This document shows, piece after piece, positions 1 to 20,036 of a stretch of 64,000 bases of DNA. Position 1 is the stretch's first letter. Each line of letters begins with the position of its first letter. The notes beneath the pieces are model-generated. The model made no database searches and was not told where the DNA came from. It saw nothing but the letters and a program-made list of their open reading frames with translations. This DNA comes from Lingula anatina. Its lineage: Eukaryota; Animalia; Brachiopoda. A program made the position numbers and the translations under genes. The stretch is taken from assembly GCA_051362555.1 (NCBI GenBank), contig CM120649.1, positions 18,552,567 to 18,616,566 on the forward strand. Reading direction: 5' to 3'.

Positions 1-2
1 AC

Positions 3-6530
<6,528 letters not shown>

Positions 6531-6883
6531 CTTTCAAATAGAATTTTGTCTGCTGAAACGCAATTAATTTATAACAAGCAATGAAAAGTTTGACGGACAC
6601 CTAGTGACAGCACCTCCTGTCAACACCTGTCACCCTGCGTCTGTCAGCCTGCGTCTGTCAGCCTGTGGTTGCAAAAGTATTCCTAGGTATTAATACTATA
6701 GAACGTTATGCATGTCCAAATTCAACAACAAGCAACGATGAAGGGTTTGAAAAACCATCCATAAATATCAATTTATCATTTTTTTGTTTATCGATTTCTC
6801 TATTTGCTCATCACTTGATTCATTTCACTTTTCATTCTTCATGCTAATTGCAACAGACGAATATCTTTTCATCATTCGTTTAA

Positions 6884-7213
6884 AGGAGTAATAACTCTGC
6901 GTTTCGGCCATAAATGAATTTTCCTGGAGTAAAAAACAATTTCCCCATACTTACCAATGGTTAATGAATCCATTTTTACATTCAAAGTTAGTCCCTGGTT
7001 TTTTTCTAAAAAATTTGGTTTTTTGCTAAAATCTCTTAAGAGATTTTAACAGAGTATAGCCATCAATGGAGGTCACGTGGTCTAAAGACAAGCTCAGATA
7101 TCAGAATAATAGCTATATTTGCCGTTTTAAAACAGAATATATTATATTTCTATGAGTTATTCACAATGTTTTTATTGTGAAATATAGATCTCGTACGAAG
7201 AGTTATTATCCCT
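6884..7213. mobile_element. TTAA-flanked MITE (Kolobok-like); second copy at 34087-34399
   Basis: TTAA flanks and AGG..ATAACT / AGTTATTATCCCT termini. The internal sequence is colinear with 34087-34399. Confidence 0.6.
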
Positions 7214-7372
7214 TTAATTTTAGAACTTTTGGCATAATGTCCCACATTTTTTATTAAAAACTGGATATGGTTTAAGTTTACTATTTGTCTTTTTCCTTTT
7301 CATTATAATAATAATAATAATAATGACAGTGGTAGTAGATGAAGAATTTCCCATATATATATATATATATAT

Positions 7373-7539
7373 CAGGCCCGTAGCCAGCAATTTCAAAGGG
7401 GGGGTTCTTTTTCTGAAAAAGTGGACCTTTTACCATATAATTCCCATGTACCTAGGTCAAATTTTACCCAGAGTGGACCTTTTTCCAGCAAAAAGGGGGG
7501 GGGTTCTTTCGAACCCCCCGAACCCCCCCGGCTACAGGC

Positions 7540-7542
<3 letters not shown>
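7373..7542. mobile_element. hAT-like MITE (CAGGCCCGTAGCC..GGCTACAGGCCTG) inserted in a (TA)n tract
   Basis: TIRs visible directly; inverted copy at 23896-24061; (TA)n on both sides. Confidence 0.7.

Positions 7543-7544
<2 letters not shown>

Positions 7545-7611
<67 letters not shown>
7545..7611. repeat. (TA)n microsatellite
   Basis: Read directly. Confidence 0.95.
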
Positions 7612-7615
<4 letters not shown>

Positions 7616-8161
7616 ACTCTAGAGAGAGGAGACTTGGTTATGAAATAATGATCAATTACCCGACACATTCTCATTTAAGGATAAATAAACTATCAAACAA
7701 ACGAAGCCTTTCGTTAAAAAGGTGAAAATGAGCATTTTATATCTTATGTCCCCTTTTTTATTCTTGAGAAAGACCCTGTCCAATGATATTATGCTGGAAC
7801 ACATATTTTTGCTTCTTAAAAGCCACTAAACTGTTTCTTGTATTTGCTTCTACCCTAGCAATCCACTGATAAATTAAGCTAAAATTTCATCTCTAAAGAC
7901 AATTAACATTTTTAAAAGAGAATTTTTAAAAACCTGGGTAAGAAACCCTTTACAGCTTAATCTATTAATTTTTTACCAAATCAATACGATGATTATGATG
8001 AATCTTCCAGCAATTTATTTAGACGTATGAAAAGGGTTCGTGTTTGATCTGGTGGTTCAGGTATCGACTGAAATATTGTAACATTTTCGTGATAAGGAAT
8101 CCATTTCAATCATAAACATATTGGTTTCTTTTGTGTACAAGGATACGCTTGTAAATGTGTC

Positions 8162-8163
<2 letters not shown>

Positions 8164-8234
<71 letters not shown>
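8164..8234. repeat. (TG)n(AG)n compound microsatellite
   Basis: Read directly. Confidence 0.95.
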
Positions 8235-8240
<6 letters not shown>

Positions 8241-10149
8241 TAAAAACAGATAAATAGGTAAAAAAAAAGGACAAACAGTTCAGAAAATTTCACTTACAAG
8301 ATTTTGTAGCAGTCCGCTTCGTTCGATTTCTCGCAGTAGAATTATAAGAACACCGAAGTCTGCACCCAGTAGTTTAACCAAGTACTGAAGAACAGGTTGA
8401 CAGGATGCTGGTATCAGTTCATATCTTATTCAATCTTGCATCAAACATATGATTACAAGACCAGTACCCCGCCCTGAATATAAGATACTTTACCATTAAG
8501 AATTAGAATCTTCGAGTCATTAAGCAAGCAAGGAACAAAAAAAGAAAAACAATCAGAAGAAAAATTATTAATGGCATATTACATATTCCATGTAATAAAG
8601 GAGTTGTCATAATCATCGTGTAGATATTTCAAGTAAACCAAATTGCGTCCAACTGGCATATACAAAGTCCCTGAAAAAGGGGCATGAGCCAAAAGCTCGG
8701 AGGTCTTCAATCAAATGTTATTGGTATAGATACCAACTAGGCATGTACGGAGGTCTGTATATATAGGGTGAATACACGTTTTCCTTTATTAGCTCGGAAC
8801 CAAACTGGTCTCCGAACTGAATTCGGTCCTTTGGCTCAGTTGATTATAGGATTTCCATGAGAGCTCTGTAACACTGTTCCTGATAGGGGAAGATGTGCGC
8901 ATGTGACCATGTAACGTTGGCAATAAAGTTCTTAGCCAGGGAACAGTTTTTTTATGTATTATTTATTTATTTATTTATTTATTTGTGCAACTGGGGTTAG
9001 ACTAATAAACAAGTAGGAACCCTACGTAATGGCCATCTGGTCCTTGAGACAAGTGGTGACAGAAGTGATAGGCCTTGTCTAGTCGATTTCCGGAACCAGG
9101 AACCAGGAGAACACGCACCTCATTGGTTTGTGGGACAAGGAACAGAATACATTAAAAAATAATAAAAGTCTAATTTGAAAATATATGAGTTTCTCTTTGT
9201 TGCTCTTATTTGGCTGACTTGATCAGAAGAAAAGGACTTGTTGTTTTCCGTCAGGCTCAGCGTTGGTTCAGGTATGTACGTATGTGATATGAAGAGATCT
9301 GTCTGAAGTTCTTACACATGCGGGTTATCATTATTACCTGTTATTGCCTGCCTTTGCCATACCTTCAAAACGATTGCCAGTCTTGTCATGTCTCTCTCAA
9401 TTAATTACCATATGGCACAAAATGAAATATACAGTATAATGACAGTGATGAGCAGTTGCCACTGTTAATCATTTAACAGCACATGGAGCGGACTGCTACA
9501 CTCGGTCTACCTGTGCGTAAACGCTTGTCGTCAATTAAAGATTCAGAAGCAGGTAGACAAGCGTAAAGCACTTCAGCTGGTAGTTCCTGCCCTGTCACTG
9601 TATGCAAAGAAATACAATAGAATGCTGACGGTAAAGGGGAGTTTTCAATGACTTAAGAGTAAAAATGCCTGACACCCCTCCTTTATATGTACCAGGACCG
9701 TACATTGAACACGTTTCAACAGCAGGTAATTGTGTCATGGATTAACCAGAGACACATCTGTGAACATCTAATAAAATTAAAAACAGTCTGAGACCCTTTA
9801 CCAATCTGGTACACCCCCCCCCCCTCGAATTATTATCTATCTCTGATCTCTCCTGATTTACTCATTGTGGCATCATGAATATAAGTAGATAGCGTTTTCA
9901 GTCCAAGAAATAGACCCATGACTACCAGTCTTTTCTGTTGTGACGCCTGGCCCTGTTGAAAGTATTACCCTGGGCCTTGCGATCATTTGGAGTAATTATT
10001 CTGGTCCAGTTTAGAAAACAATGTAACAAAAGAAAAGGCTGCAATATTTACAGTCGAATGAGAATAATGTTTGGATTTAATTTAATGTATTTTCAAAAAA
10101 AAGGGGGGGAGGAGAGGGGGAAACATGCCATTAACACTTGGAAATTAAA

Positions 10150-11206
10150 AAAAAAATAATATGCCGCACTGTTACTCGCTCTTTGCGGGCAGCATTTCAA
10201 CATCATGTGTTCTTCGGTCCATGCGCTGCCACTCATGTATTCATACGCACCCCCACACAACGCACCTTTATATTAACACGGTATATAAGGCAATCTTCTT
10301 ACATGAAGTGCTTGGCACCGAATTCTGAATCACACTCGGATATCGTTTTTATTGTTGCATGTCAACTGTAAAACTCTATCTCGACTGTCATATAATTGTT
10401 TGAACTACATCACTATCCCATTACGATATACTTGTATGCGTTTGACCACAGATATTTAGAATGGAATTTTTTCCAGTGTGACACATGACAGATTGTGTTT
10501 GTTGCGATTTATGTTAGAATTGTGCTTATGTTGACGCACTAGTGCCGTAAATATCTAATGGCTAATTGACATATATTAAAAAAATGGACATATATTTAAC
10601 CCCCCCCCCCCCCCCCCCCACTTCCTGAACTGCTAATGATTTACGTGGTTGGGAAAGAATGTTGGAGGTATCTACGGCTATCCCTCATCTCCCCCCCCCC
10701 CCCCCCCCCCCCCCCGGAATCCTACGCCTGTGTGCATGGTTAAGCTCGGTTTCAAAAACAAGGTCTTTTTCAAATTCGGAAAAAATGGTAGATTTATTTG
10801 GCAGTTATTTTCACGTTAAACATCATTGACAAATTACAAAAACGGCAAGAATAATAATAAAGACGGTGAAGAAAAAAATCGTTTCTAAAGAGACAGAACG
10901 TGTTGCCTACCTATGAGGAATAACGTTGTCCTTTAGGCCTTTCCTCATATTTAAAGCACCTGACGATTTGCTTCCAGTCATCATAACAGAAGAATCGACG
11001 AAAAAGTTCACAGGCCTGAAGAGGTATTTAAAAACAAACGAACAAATAAAACGGTGTTCATCATTATCCTCCGAGAACAGCAGTGGTCGAATTTATTATA
11101 TATGGTGTATTCTCACAAAACACTGAGTTTCTTTCCATCGGCTCAAGTATGGGAGAAGCACAAGATAATTATAATAATGATAATAATACTAATTATAATA
11201 ATAATT

Positions 11207-11244
<38 letters not shown>

Positions 11245-12780
11245 TTCCGTGGAGTTTATGGGTGAGTTGACGGAAAATTATTGGACTGGGGGAAAGCGTG
11301 GGTAAATAGTAAAAATCGTATGAAAAAAAGTGGTCAAACTCACCATTGCGTAAGGTAGTAAGGGAGTTATTCCACATTTCTGGACTCATGGCCTTGACTG
11401 AAATATATGCATCCTTCATGGTTAGTATAGCTTCCAAGTTACTACTCACCCAGACGTGCCTGTCTACACGGCTTCTGCCGTTGCTGTTTTGTGTTGAAAA
11501 CCTGGACTCGATACATATTTACAGGTAAAAACAGAAAAAAAGAGTTTTTATGCGTTTTCATTTCATTTATTGGACTTTCAGCATAACAGTTACTTCAACA
11601 TCCGTTTTCGAATAATCCAATATTTTCTTTAAAAATAGTGCTAAACATGAATTATTTATGAACGACAGGAAAACGAACATTGCGCAAACGCATATAAGAT
11701 TGTCGTTTGAAAATTGTTCAAATGATGGTTCAGTCACCAAATAACTGGCCTGTGTGATAGTTTTACATTCAATAAGTCAACGTTAAACACATAATGAACT
11801 TCCATCAGCTAACCAGCAAACACACAGCGTATTATACCGTTACCATAACGTAGTTTAATATAAGCATCACAGTTAGTTCAGGATAGGGTTAGTCGGAGTA
11901 TTGGGGTTAGTATATGGGACGAATGTCACCTGTACAAAAAAAACGGGGTGCGGGCTACGGTTCCTAGCGGACTACCATTCCTGTTACACCAGTATAGACC
12001 ACATACGTTTGGAGCTGTCTTTCGCTAAAACTACTTGTACCTGTATAAACCTTGCCATTTTTGACATCGGGTCATATTGAAACACTCTACAATAAAAGTT
12101 TACTTAAAATTCAGGGAACTTACAATGTGGTACAAAAAGGGGTATTTTCATTAGCAATCTTTGAATTTCTTGGGCGAATTGTCTAAGGGAGATGGTCCAA
12201 GGTAAGATGAAAAGCAAATAAATAAATGTATGAAAGGGGTAATGCTTACGATATATTCAAAGGCTTTCTTGCCCTTAAAATACGTCGTTTTTAATTAGAA
12301 TTTTTACAAACAACCAATACTATATTGGTATATTTTTGTGTAATCAGTCGGTACTTACGTTGAAAGATGAGTACAGCTCCCAGAAGAAGTCCACCAAATG
12401 CCACTAGAAGACCCGTGATTAGTGCAGATTTTTTTCTACACATCGCTCTCCTGTGCTATATATTCGTAAATACGAAAAAAAAGAACTCCCTCCGTCCGTG
12501 CCCCTCCACACCGTGGTGCTCCACACCAGTTCTGGGAATCTAATATGCACAATATGCTCTCAGCTGGGGATATATTTTATCTCCCGCACTGTGCACTCAA
12601 GCAACACAAAGTGAACCGGTTTACTTCGTCGAGTAAAGAACCCTGGTTTTACATCAACGTATACCAAAACGTACATTCATATGGAAATGATCCAGCTTGC
12701 CTTGTCGCGATAATTTTATTGAAGTCTTCTTTTGCATAGAATCTATGAATGTTTCATTTAAGTATTTTTATTTGCATACC
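10150..12780. repeat. Segmental duplication, paralogous to about 13430-20330 with two large internal deletions
   Basis: Colinear blocks: 10160-10600 ~ 13430-14230; 10620-10990 ~ 14235-14600; 11450-11590 ~ 15060-15190; 11592-11990 ~ 15505-16180; 11990-12780 ~ 19555-20330. Confidence 0.85.
11592..12443 (-). pseudogene. Internally deleted METTL24-like paralog (copy A)
   Basis: Exon 1 (12359-12443) is intact: MCRKKSALITGLLVAFGGLLLGAVLIFQ plus a GTAAG donor. Exons 2-6 are missing. Only the acceptor and about 35 nt of the last exon remain (11592-11626, KILDYSKTDVEV). Confidence 0.8.
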
Positions 12781-13637
12781 ATGCCGTCCCCTGCTGTCAT
12801 ATATTTCAGTAGTTTAAATGGTCGCCGTGGGCTAGCGAATTGCCACAAATATGAAATATCGCTTACCTAAAGACTAAGGTATATCGTACGCAATGTGATT
12901 TATTTGAATTTTCACTTTTGACATCATAAATAAACAAGACGCGGAGCCAAACTAGGGGCTCTGAGACAAACATCCGAGCACTAATTAATTATTCATTCAT
13001 ATAGTGATCCGTATTGATATAGCACATAATCATAATATTACATAGTACACACAGTGTACATGTGTGGTTAGGATATGGTACCGTTCAACAACATTGAAAG
13101 TAAATACACTGTACTGTTACAGGCTTCGTCGTAAATAATACATAAAGCATTTTGAAGAACCTCTGGTGCCTTCATGATCCAATTAAAAAAGGGAATTATG
13201 TGATTATGCAGAAAAATACTCATATACTCATATTTGAGTAAAAGATGTTTCATATTTGTGGCGATTCGCTGAGCCACGGCGCTGATTTAATTAAAAACTT
13301 TAGTAAAACAGTCTTTTTTAAGCCGAGATAAATCTGTAAAAGTCCTCTAAAATTGGTGTCATTATTGACAAAGTTGTGAATAACAATCAGGACAAATATT
13401 CACACACTTGAAAATAAAATGTAATATGCTACACTGTTATTCGCTCTTCGCGGGCAGCGTTTCAACGTCGTGCGGTGTTCTTCGGTCAATGCGCCGCACT
13501 CCCACACAACGCACGGTAAATAAATACATTTGAGGCCCTATCGTAACTTTCAGTGCCTTGCACACGTACTCCGAAATATGCACGGACATTGTCTTTATTT
13601 CATCGCTGCATGTCAACGTACTGTAAAACTCGATTGG

Positions 13638-13670
<33 letters not shown>

Positions 13671-13676
<6 letters not shown>

Positions 13677-14029
13677 AAAAAGAAATAAAAAACAGCAGTT
13701 ATTTTACCCTGACCGGTTTCATCGCATCTTCAGGGGGTTTGTTTATTTTGGTTGATAAGTGAATGTTCTATAAACAAAAACAAGGACTTTACGGTATTCC
13801 CATTTTATAAATTCACTAGGGACACAACCCAAACAGAAAGGGAAATTAAAGAAATTTTATTTATTAATAAGTTAAAACCTACATTAAACAGGTAATAGCA
13901 GATCCTAAAGCATTGGTTAAAGCAACAATCAAATATCCATTGTCAGAGACATCACATTGAGTCTTTATGACATCACTTACCTCGGTCGGGGTAAAATAAC
14001 TGCTGTTTTTTTTATTTCTTTTTGTCACA
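13671..14029. mobile_element. MITE with about 45-bp TIRs
   Basis: TGTGTCAAAAAGAAATAAAAAACAGCAGTTATTTTACCCTGACCG and its near-perfect inverse at about 13983-14029. Absent from the paralogous segment near 10380-10430. Confidence 0.7.
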
Positions 14030-14626
14030 TATACTTTCAATATATTTACTCACAGTTCCATTAAGAACTGCTTGTATTCTTTTGACAACAGAACTTCAGA
14101 ATGGAATAATTTTTTCCAATGCGACCTACTTGTTGCGCTTTATGTTAGAATTGTGCTTTTAGAATAATATAATTTTAGGTAATTCGACCAGTGATGTTGG
14201 CTAATTAACATATATATTTAAAACCCCACCCCCTGCTTCCTGGGCTATTAACGATTGACGTGGCTGGAAAAGGGGGTGGAGGTATCCACGGCTACCCCTC
14301 CCCACCTCCCAATCCTACGCTTGTGTGGTGCGGCTTGTTTTCAAAAACTGAGCCTTTTTCATACTTTACAAATAATGGTAGATTTTTTGGCAGTTATTGG
14401 CAAACATCATTGACTAAGTATAAAAACAGCCAGAAGAATAATAAAGACAGTGAAGGAAAATCGTCTTTTAAGACAAAAAACGTGTTGTCTACCTATGAGG
14501 AAGGACTTTGATCTTTCGGCCTTTCATCAAATTTAAAGCGCCTTGATGAAATGACGGATTCGTTTTCTCCCTTAAGAAACGATTTGCTTTTCGTCATCAT
14601 CACAAAAAAATAATTCAAAGCTCAAG

Positions 14627-14903
14627 TAGTATCGCGTGTGTCCGCCTCAAGAAACGACACACGTTTCACAGCGCCTCCTCATTGAGATAAAGTCTTGAGC
14701 AACTGCCGTGGGATGGAATTCCATTCTTGGCCGAGCCACTGAGCGAGCTGATTGAGATCTACCGCTGGGGATGAAGTGGTAACGCTACAGGATCCCACAG
14801 ATGTTCTGTTGGGGGCATATCAGCAGGTCTGTTCATTTTGTGGACGTTCTACTGCTGTAAGAATTACGTGGCAACTCTTTCGAGCACTAGTACATGCGTT
14901 GTC
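14627..14903 (-). mobile_element. Degenerate Tc1-family transposase C-terminal relic
   Basis: Frameshifted translation DNA...DMPPTEHLWD...LNQLAQWLGQEWNSIPRQLLKTL..SMRRRCETCVVS*GGHTRY matches the Tc1 DDE C-terminal consensus. Confidence 0.75.
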
Positions 14904-15255
14904 ACCTTATTGAATGGCTCTATAACCTATTGGGAGAAGGTCATTACCACTGATATTAGAATTTCACATACAGCAGATGGTGGTAAAATGATAAAACGGC
15001 ACCACAACTAATACACTGCCACCACAAAACTGGTAGCGCTCATGTTCTGTCGCGTCATCTGGACTCGCCTGTACACACAACTATTGCCATTGCTGTTATA
15101 GGATGAAAAGTGGACTCGATACATTTATCAAATCAGAAAAAGAGGGGTTCTTTGCGTTTTTATTCATTTATTGGACTTAAAGCAAAACAGAAATAATTTT
15201 ACACTGCAACAATCACTAAAGTGCAATTACAGTAAACATCACACCGGAATCCCTT

Positions 15256-18151
15256 TTATTCTATAAAATTAATATTAACAAAATGAACCTCAAGGCAAGT
15301 GTTAATAGTTCTGTTGGTAGCATCCGTAGTCTTTCGCGAATTGTAGTTTCGTTTCGCGTAATAAATTCTGAAACCTAACTTGTAAAGTTCCAATACTGTT
15401 TTTAAGTCTTTTTCTTTCGGTAGCCAGTGAACTTCGATCCCAAGTTGCTTGACACGTGACAAGATGCCCTCACGGTATATTGTAGGTAAACTGTCCCATT
15501 CCGATGCTTCAACATCCATTTTCAAATAATCCAATATTTTCTAAAATAAAAAAGCTAAGTGTTAAAACATGAATTCTTTAGGAACGTCAGGAAAATGAAC
15601 ATTGTGCAAACGCATAATAAGATTGTCGTTTGAAAATTGTTCAAATGATGGTTCAGTCACCACATAACTGGCCTGTATGATAGTTTAATCTTTAATAAGT
15701 CAACGTTTAAACACATAATAAAGTTCCAACAGCTACAAAGCAAACATACAACGTATTATACCGTTACCATAACGTTACCTTTACGTTGTTTTTCATAAAA
15801 CATTATTGTAACGTTATTATAACGTTCTGTGTCGGCTGGGTAGAATAGCACATTTTAACGAAGGCCATAAGTTAACCATAGATGGGGAATTGAAATGCCT
15901 CTCAATGTAGTGACATAAACAAGACAGGAGGCGACGAAGGTGGGTATTTCCGCTCACTGGGACCGTTTTCGTAGTCACCAAGAGACTTGTACTATTTGTT
16001 TTATCATGCCGGTATGCCAGGAATAGTAGACCTAGGAATGGAAGACCAGGGTCCCGTATGATTAGTACAGGTTAGAGTTAGTCGGAGTATTGGGGTTAGT
16101 ATAAGGGACGTATGTCACCTATACAAAGTTATGGTGAACGGACTGCGGTTCCTAGAGGACTACCATTTCTGACACACCGGTTTGTCCACCAAATTATGGA
16201 GAAAGCCATCCTTCAGTTTGTATTAAGTCTAAGTTATGTCTAAGTTATTCACAGCGATCAAAAAATGTTAATAGACATGTGTAACTTACTCAACAATAAT
16301 TCTCAGGAGCTTTTTTTAGACTGCCTTAAAAACAAAAGCATTGCTCACGTTTTCGTGTCCGTACAACTGCAATATGGTGCCGAGGGTTGCCATACGCCAA
16401 TTTTCTCTTTTCCCTCTCTTTAATTTACGTTCCACGTAGCCGTTTGTGCCTGCAATGCCTATAGGATGAAATCGGATGTTTTTCGACCGAGAAAAGTCTG
16501 TCTTCTCAACCATGCTGGAAATAATACAGCATTTGTCAGAAAGTTTACTACAGTCGGGGTGGGGGAAGAGAAGTCAAATAGTAGAATTTTGAATTTCAGA
16601 AGACAATTAGCAGGAACAAGCATTTTAGCAGCTCATGCACGCGCTTGCCAACATAGTGCTTTTGATCTCACAGAGTGGCTGAAATAAAATCTTGAAATGG
16701 TGTGTAGCTATGGCAGTGACCTTCTATACGACATGCATTTTATTTTTGTTGAATATACGGAATACCCAGTACCCTCCCAGAAAAAACGGGGAGCTTTCGA
16801 CTATTAACATAACTAAAAACTCATGATGTTAACTGAAAAAGAGACCAAAGATCAAGCGAACGAGATGGTGTGTCATGTACAATAAGACAATTGCTATTTT
16901 GACAAATATGTTCTAATACACAAATGTAATTTTTACCACATCGGTCGACATACGTGTATGTGTGCAATGGTATATCATTGATATCTGCCTATTTCTTTTC
17001 TGTTTACAGGTGGTTTTGATGTTGAAATTGATCTGAAATTACATTGGGAATTAAGGAATTTGTTTAATTTATCTGAAAAGTACATGCCTTGGATCGAATG
17101 AGTGTACCTGGCATCCAAACTTTGTGTCCATGTAGTCATCAAACGACCATTCATTATTGATCCTGAAATAACATTTTTTTAAAGCTTTTAAATCATCAAT
17201 GTAGGTAGAGAACAGTGTTATTCAAGAAAAACTTGTAAAACGACTCCATGTAAGATTTAGAAATTCTGTTTTATTGTTGAGCTAAACACGGAGTCATAAT
17301 AATTTGTTCAACATAATAAACTGGAATTAATCTGTCCATTGCCTTTAAACTACTTTAACAAAAGATCAAAACAAAAAACAGCTTGATTTTCTTACCCAAA
17401 TGAATAGACTAAACATTCCCCACGAACCATATTGAAGGGGGGATCCAAACAAACCTCCCAGCCGCCATCTTGATATTCTTTCCTGCCAGCCCTAACCCTG
17501 TGGCGACAGTCGAACTGAGCTCTAAGAAGATACCTAGGACGACAAGCATGGAAATTACACTCCAACAGCGGTATAATGAATATAACATCTGCAATTTATT
17601 TCACTCGCATCTTTGTACTTACTAAATCACGATTTTTTCGGCGTATGAGTATGAACGTGAAAGCAGCGACAAATAACCTATGTATAGAGAAAGCACTTAA
17701 TATACGTTCAATCTTATACGGGTGATGCCATACTCCTGAATGCACTTTCCTCTGTACACAAGTACGCTAGAGTGTAGCAGGGCCGTTTAAACCTAGGCTC
17801 ACTGTATTATATCCTACTTTTAAATTCAAGATAGTAATAATAAATTGATTATTTAAATGGCTTTGGGTAAAGCACCTGGTGAAGTCCCTTTCCATAGCGT
17901 CGTAGGTAGCCGCTTCCTTAGTTGTGGTATTTGAAACTGTAGCTGGCATGGCTTTTGGAGAATAATCCATCTTTTCTAGCATAGGAAACAACTCGGAATA
18001 GATATACCTACTGCCCACTGGCTTTGCAGGATACTGGACCTTTAAAAGGAAAAAATTGATTTGTTATGGCTTAATCATAAATAATGCAAAGCACACCTTA
18101 AAGAACATATGGACCCATCATAATGAAATTAAATCTTGGAATTCCAGTATT

Positions 18152-18201
<50 letters not shown>

Positions 18202-20036
18202 TGTCTCAGTGAGTACATGTAAGAGTTATTTTCATTTGTGTCGATACGCTGATCCATGGCGCTGATTAGATAATTATCTAAGAGACTTAAGTCAAAATTT
18301 ACTTCTTTTGTAATCATTTTCCAATAGCTTTTGTTTTAAAATAACTTTTTATCTAATATTTGTTGAAATATTGTAAAAAGGTGCTAAATATTTATTGTAC
18401 GCTCCGTAATGTGTGTCATTCAAGAATTAATGGTTTATTTACTCTTAATTTAGTTTTTTTTCAAATATTAAAAAAAATGGCGTCATTGATGGGTGTATAT
18501 TTCACCAATACAACTGAATTATTAAATCATAAACACCCAGTAAAAACACAGAACGTTAATATAACGTTGCTATAATATTTATAACTATTAGCAATAAACG
18601 TTCTGGTAACGTTATGGTAACGGTACTAAACGTTCTGTGTTTGCAGGGAACAGGAAAGTACTTCGGCCCCATAGAAGGTTGATTTTTGTAAAATTGATTT
18701 TTAACCTTAATTTCTCATCTTTAAGACAGATGTTGCTCAAAATAAAATGTGACAAAAATAAAATGTTGGGTTCTGAGAAACCTTATTAACCATGTTTTTT
18801 TCTTTTCTTTTTTATGACCCATCAATCATTTCACTTTTTTTAAATAAAAAAACATCTTTCTTCACAGGGCCCAATCTTGAATATATTGTCAACTTACCAT
18901 CTTCCATATTTTCTTATCTGCAAAATGAATAAAAAATGTGTGGTTATTATCATAAATAGAGAGACTGGTTACGGACTACCACACAATAACCACGTTAAAA
19001 ATGAATTAAGATAAGTGTGTTAGAATCGCGTTTCTAACTCGCTTATCTAAATTCGGGCGTTTGAGTTCACACATAGAAACAAAATCGCGATTCACCTTCC
19101 TAGATCTGGTGATGGTACTGGCGCTCACCAGAGGAGCCACGGTATGTCTTTCTGAACATGCTCATTAGTTTCCAGTCTCTACAACCATCAGAACCATGCT
19201 TTCGCTTACTGATTCCGCCATCCAATATTAAATGTCCTTGCATCCATCTTTAATTCAGAGGAATGATATGCCCCCATCCGAGAAATTTTAGAAACTTGAG
19301 ACCGCGTTGTCATAGAGTAGTGTCTGATACAGAAAAAAATACGTTTTTAATCTTGATTCGTGTGAACATGTAAGTTAACTAATACAATCACACCACAACA
19401 AAAACAGAACGTTATTAACCGTTACCATAACGTATTTTGTTTATATAAACTTTATGGTAACGTTGTGATAACGTTATGTTTGCTAGGACAGCGGTTTCAT
19501 ATTTCAGCTGAGAGCGTCGTCTTCTGTCTTCAACCCGCTACAGTCAGGGAAATACCGGTATAGACCACATACGTTTGGAGCATGGTATATGGGGCATATT
19601 AAAAAATGTGTATTAAAATTTTATTTAAAATCCATACAGGCAAGACAGAAGACGCCTCCTTCATATTAATATATAAGCTTCTCTCTTCCCGGGAACTTCA
19701 TGTACATGTATCAACGGGATACAAAAAGAGGAATGTCCATTATTTTAATCTTTGGACTTCTTGGGTGAATTATCCAAGGGAGATGGTCCAAGTTAAGGTG
19801 AAAAGTAAATTAATAAGTGTATGAAAGGGGGAATGCTTAAAAATTAAAAATGTGTTGCTCATAGGCTCTCTTGCCCTTACAATACGTCTTTTTTAAGACT
19901 GAATTAAATTAAAATTGCTATACACCAAATACTAAATAGATATATATTGTGTAATCCACCCGTACTTACGCTGAAAGACTAGTGAAAATCCCAGAAGTCC
20001 AACCAATGCCACCAGCAGACCTGTTTTTCTGAACAT
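15256..20036 (-). CDS. METTL24: METTL24-like SAM-dependent methyltransferase (Methyltransf_22), type II membrane anchor, copy B, about 304 aa
   Basis: Exons 19970-20036, 18898-18917 (20-nt micro-exon), 17876-18039, 17396-17533 (DGGWEVCLDPP..CLVYSFG), 17088-17162 (INNEWSFDD..GCQVHSFDPS; GC donor), 16349-16514 (IRFHPIGI..TLGTIL..GHEN) and 15256-15540 (DYLKMDVEASEW..VKQLGIEVH). Total 915 nt, in frame. The symbol is family-level; orthology was not tested. Confidence 0.85.
16009..16180. mobile_element. About 170-bp MITE (CCGGT(G/A)TG.CAGGAAT TIR; internal ggttag..ttagtcggagtattggggttag)
   Basis: TIRs visible; further copies at about 48485-48654 and a partial copy at 11870-11992. Confidence 0.65.
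18536..18648. mobile_element. Short CCC..GGG non-autonomous element with AACGTT subterminal repeats (EnSpm/CACTA-like)
   Basis: CCCAGTAAAAACACAGAACGTT / AACGTTCTGTGTTTGCAGGG termini. Related copies at about 15735-15840, 19395-19487 and 11813-11850. Confidence 0.55.

Noticed and set aside
7323-7674. ORFs rich in YI repeats (likewise CV/TH/K/F-run ORFs at about 11.1, 13.6, 18.1, 24.7, 34.2 and 36.5 kb)
   Set aside because: They are translations of microsatellites, homopolymers and MITEs.
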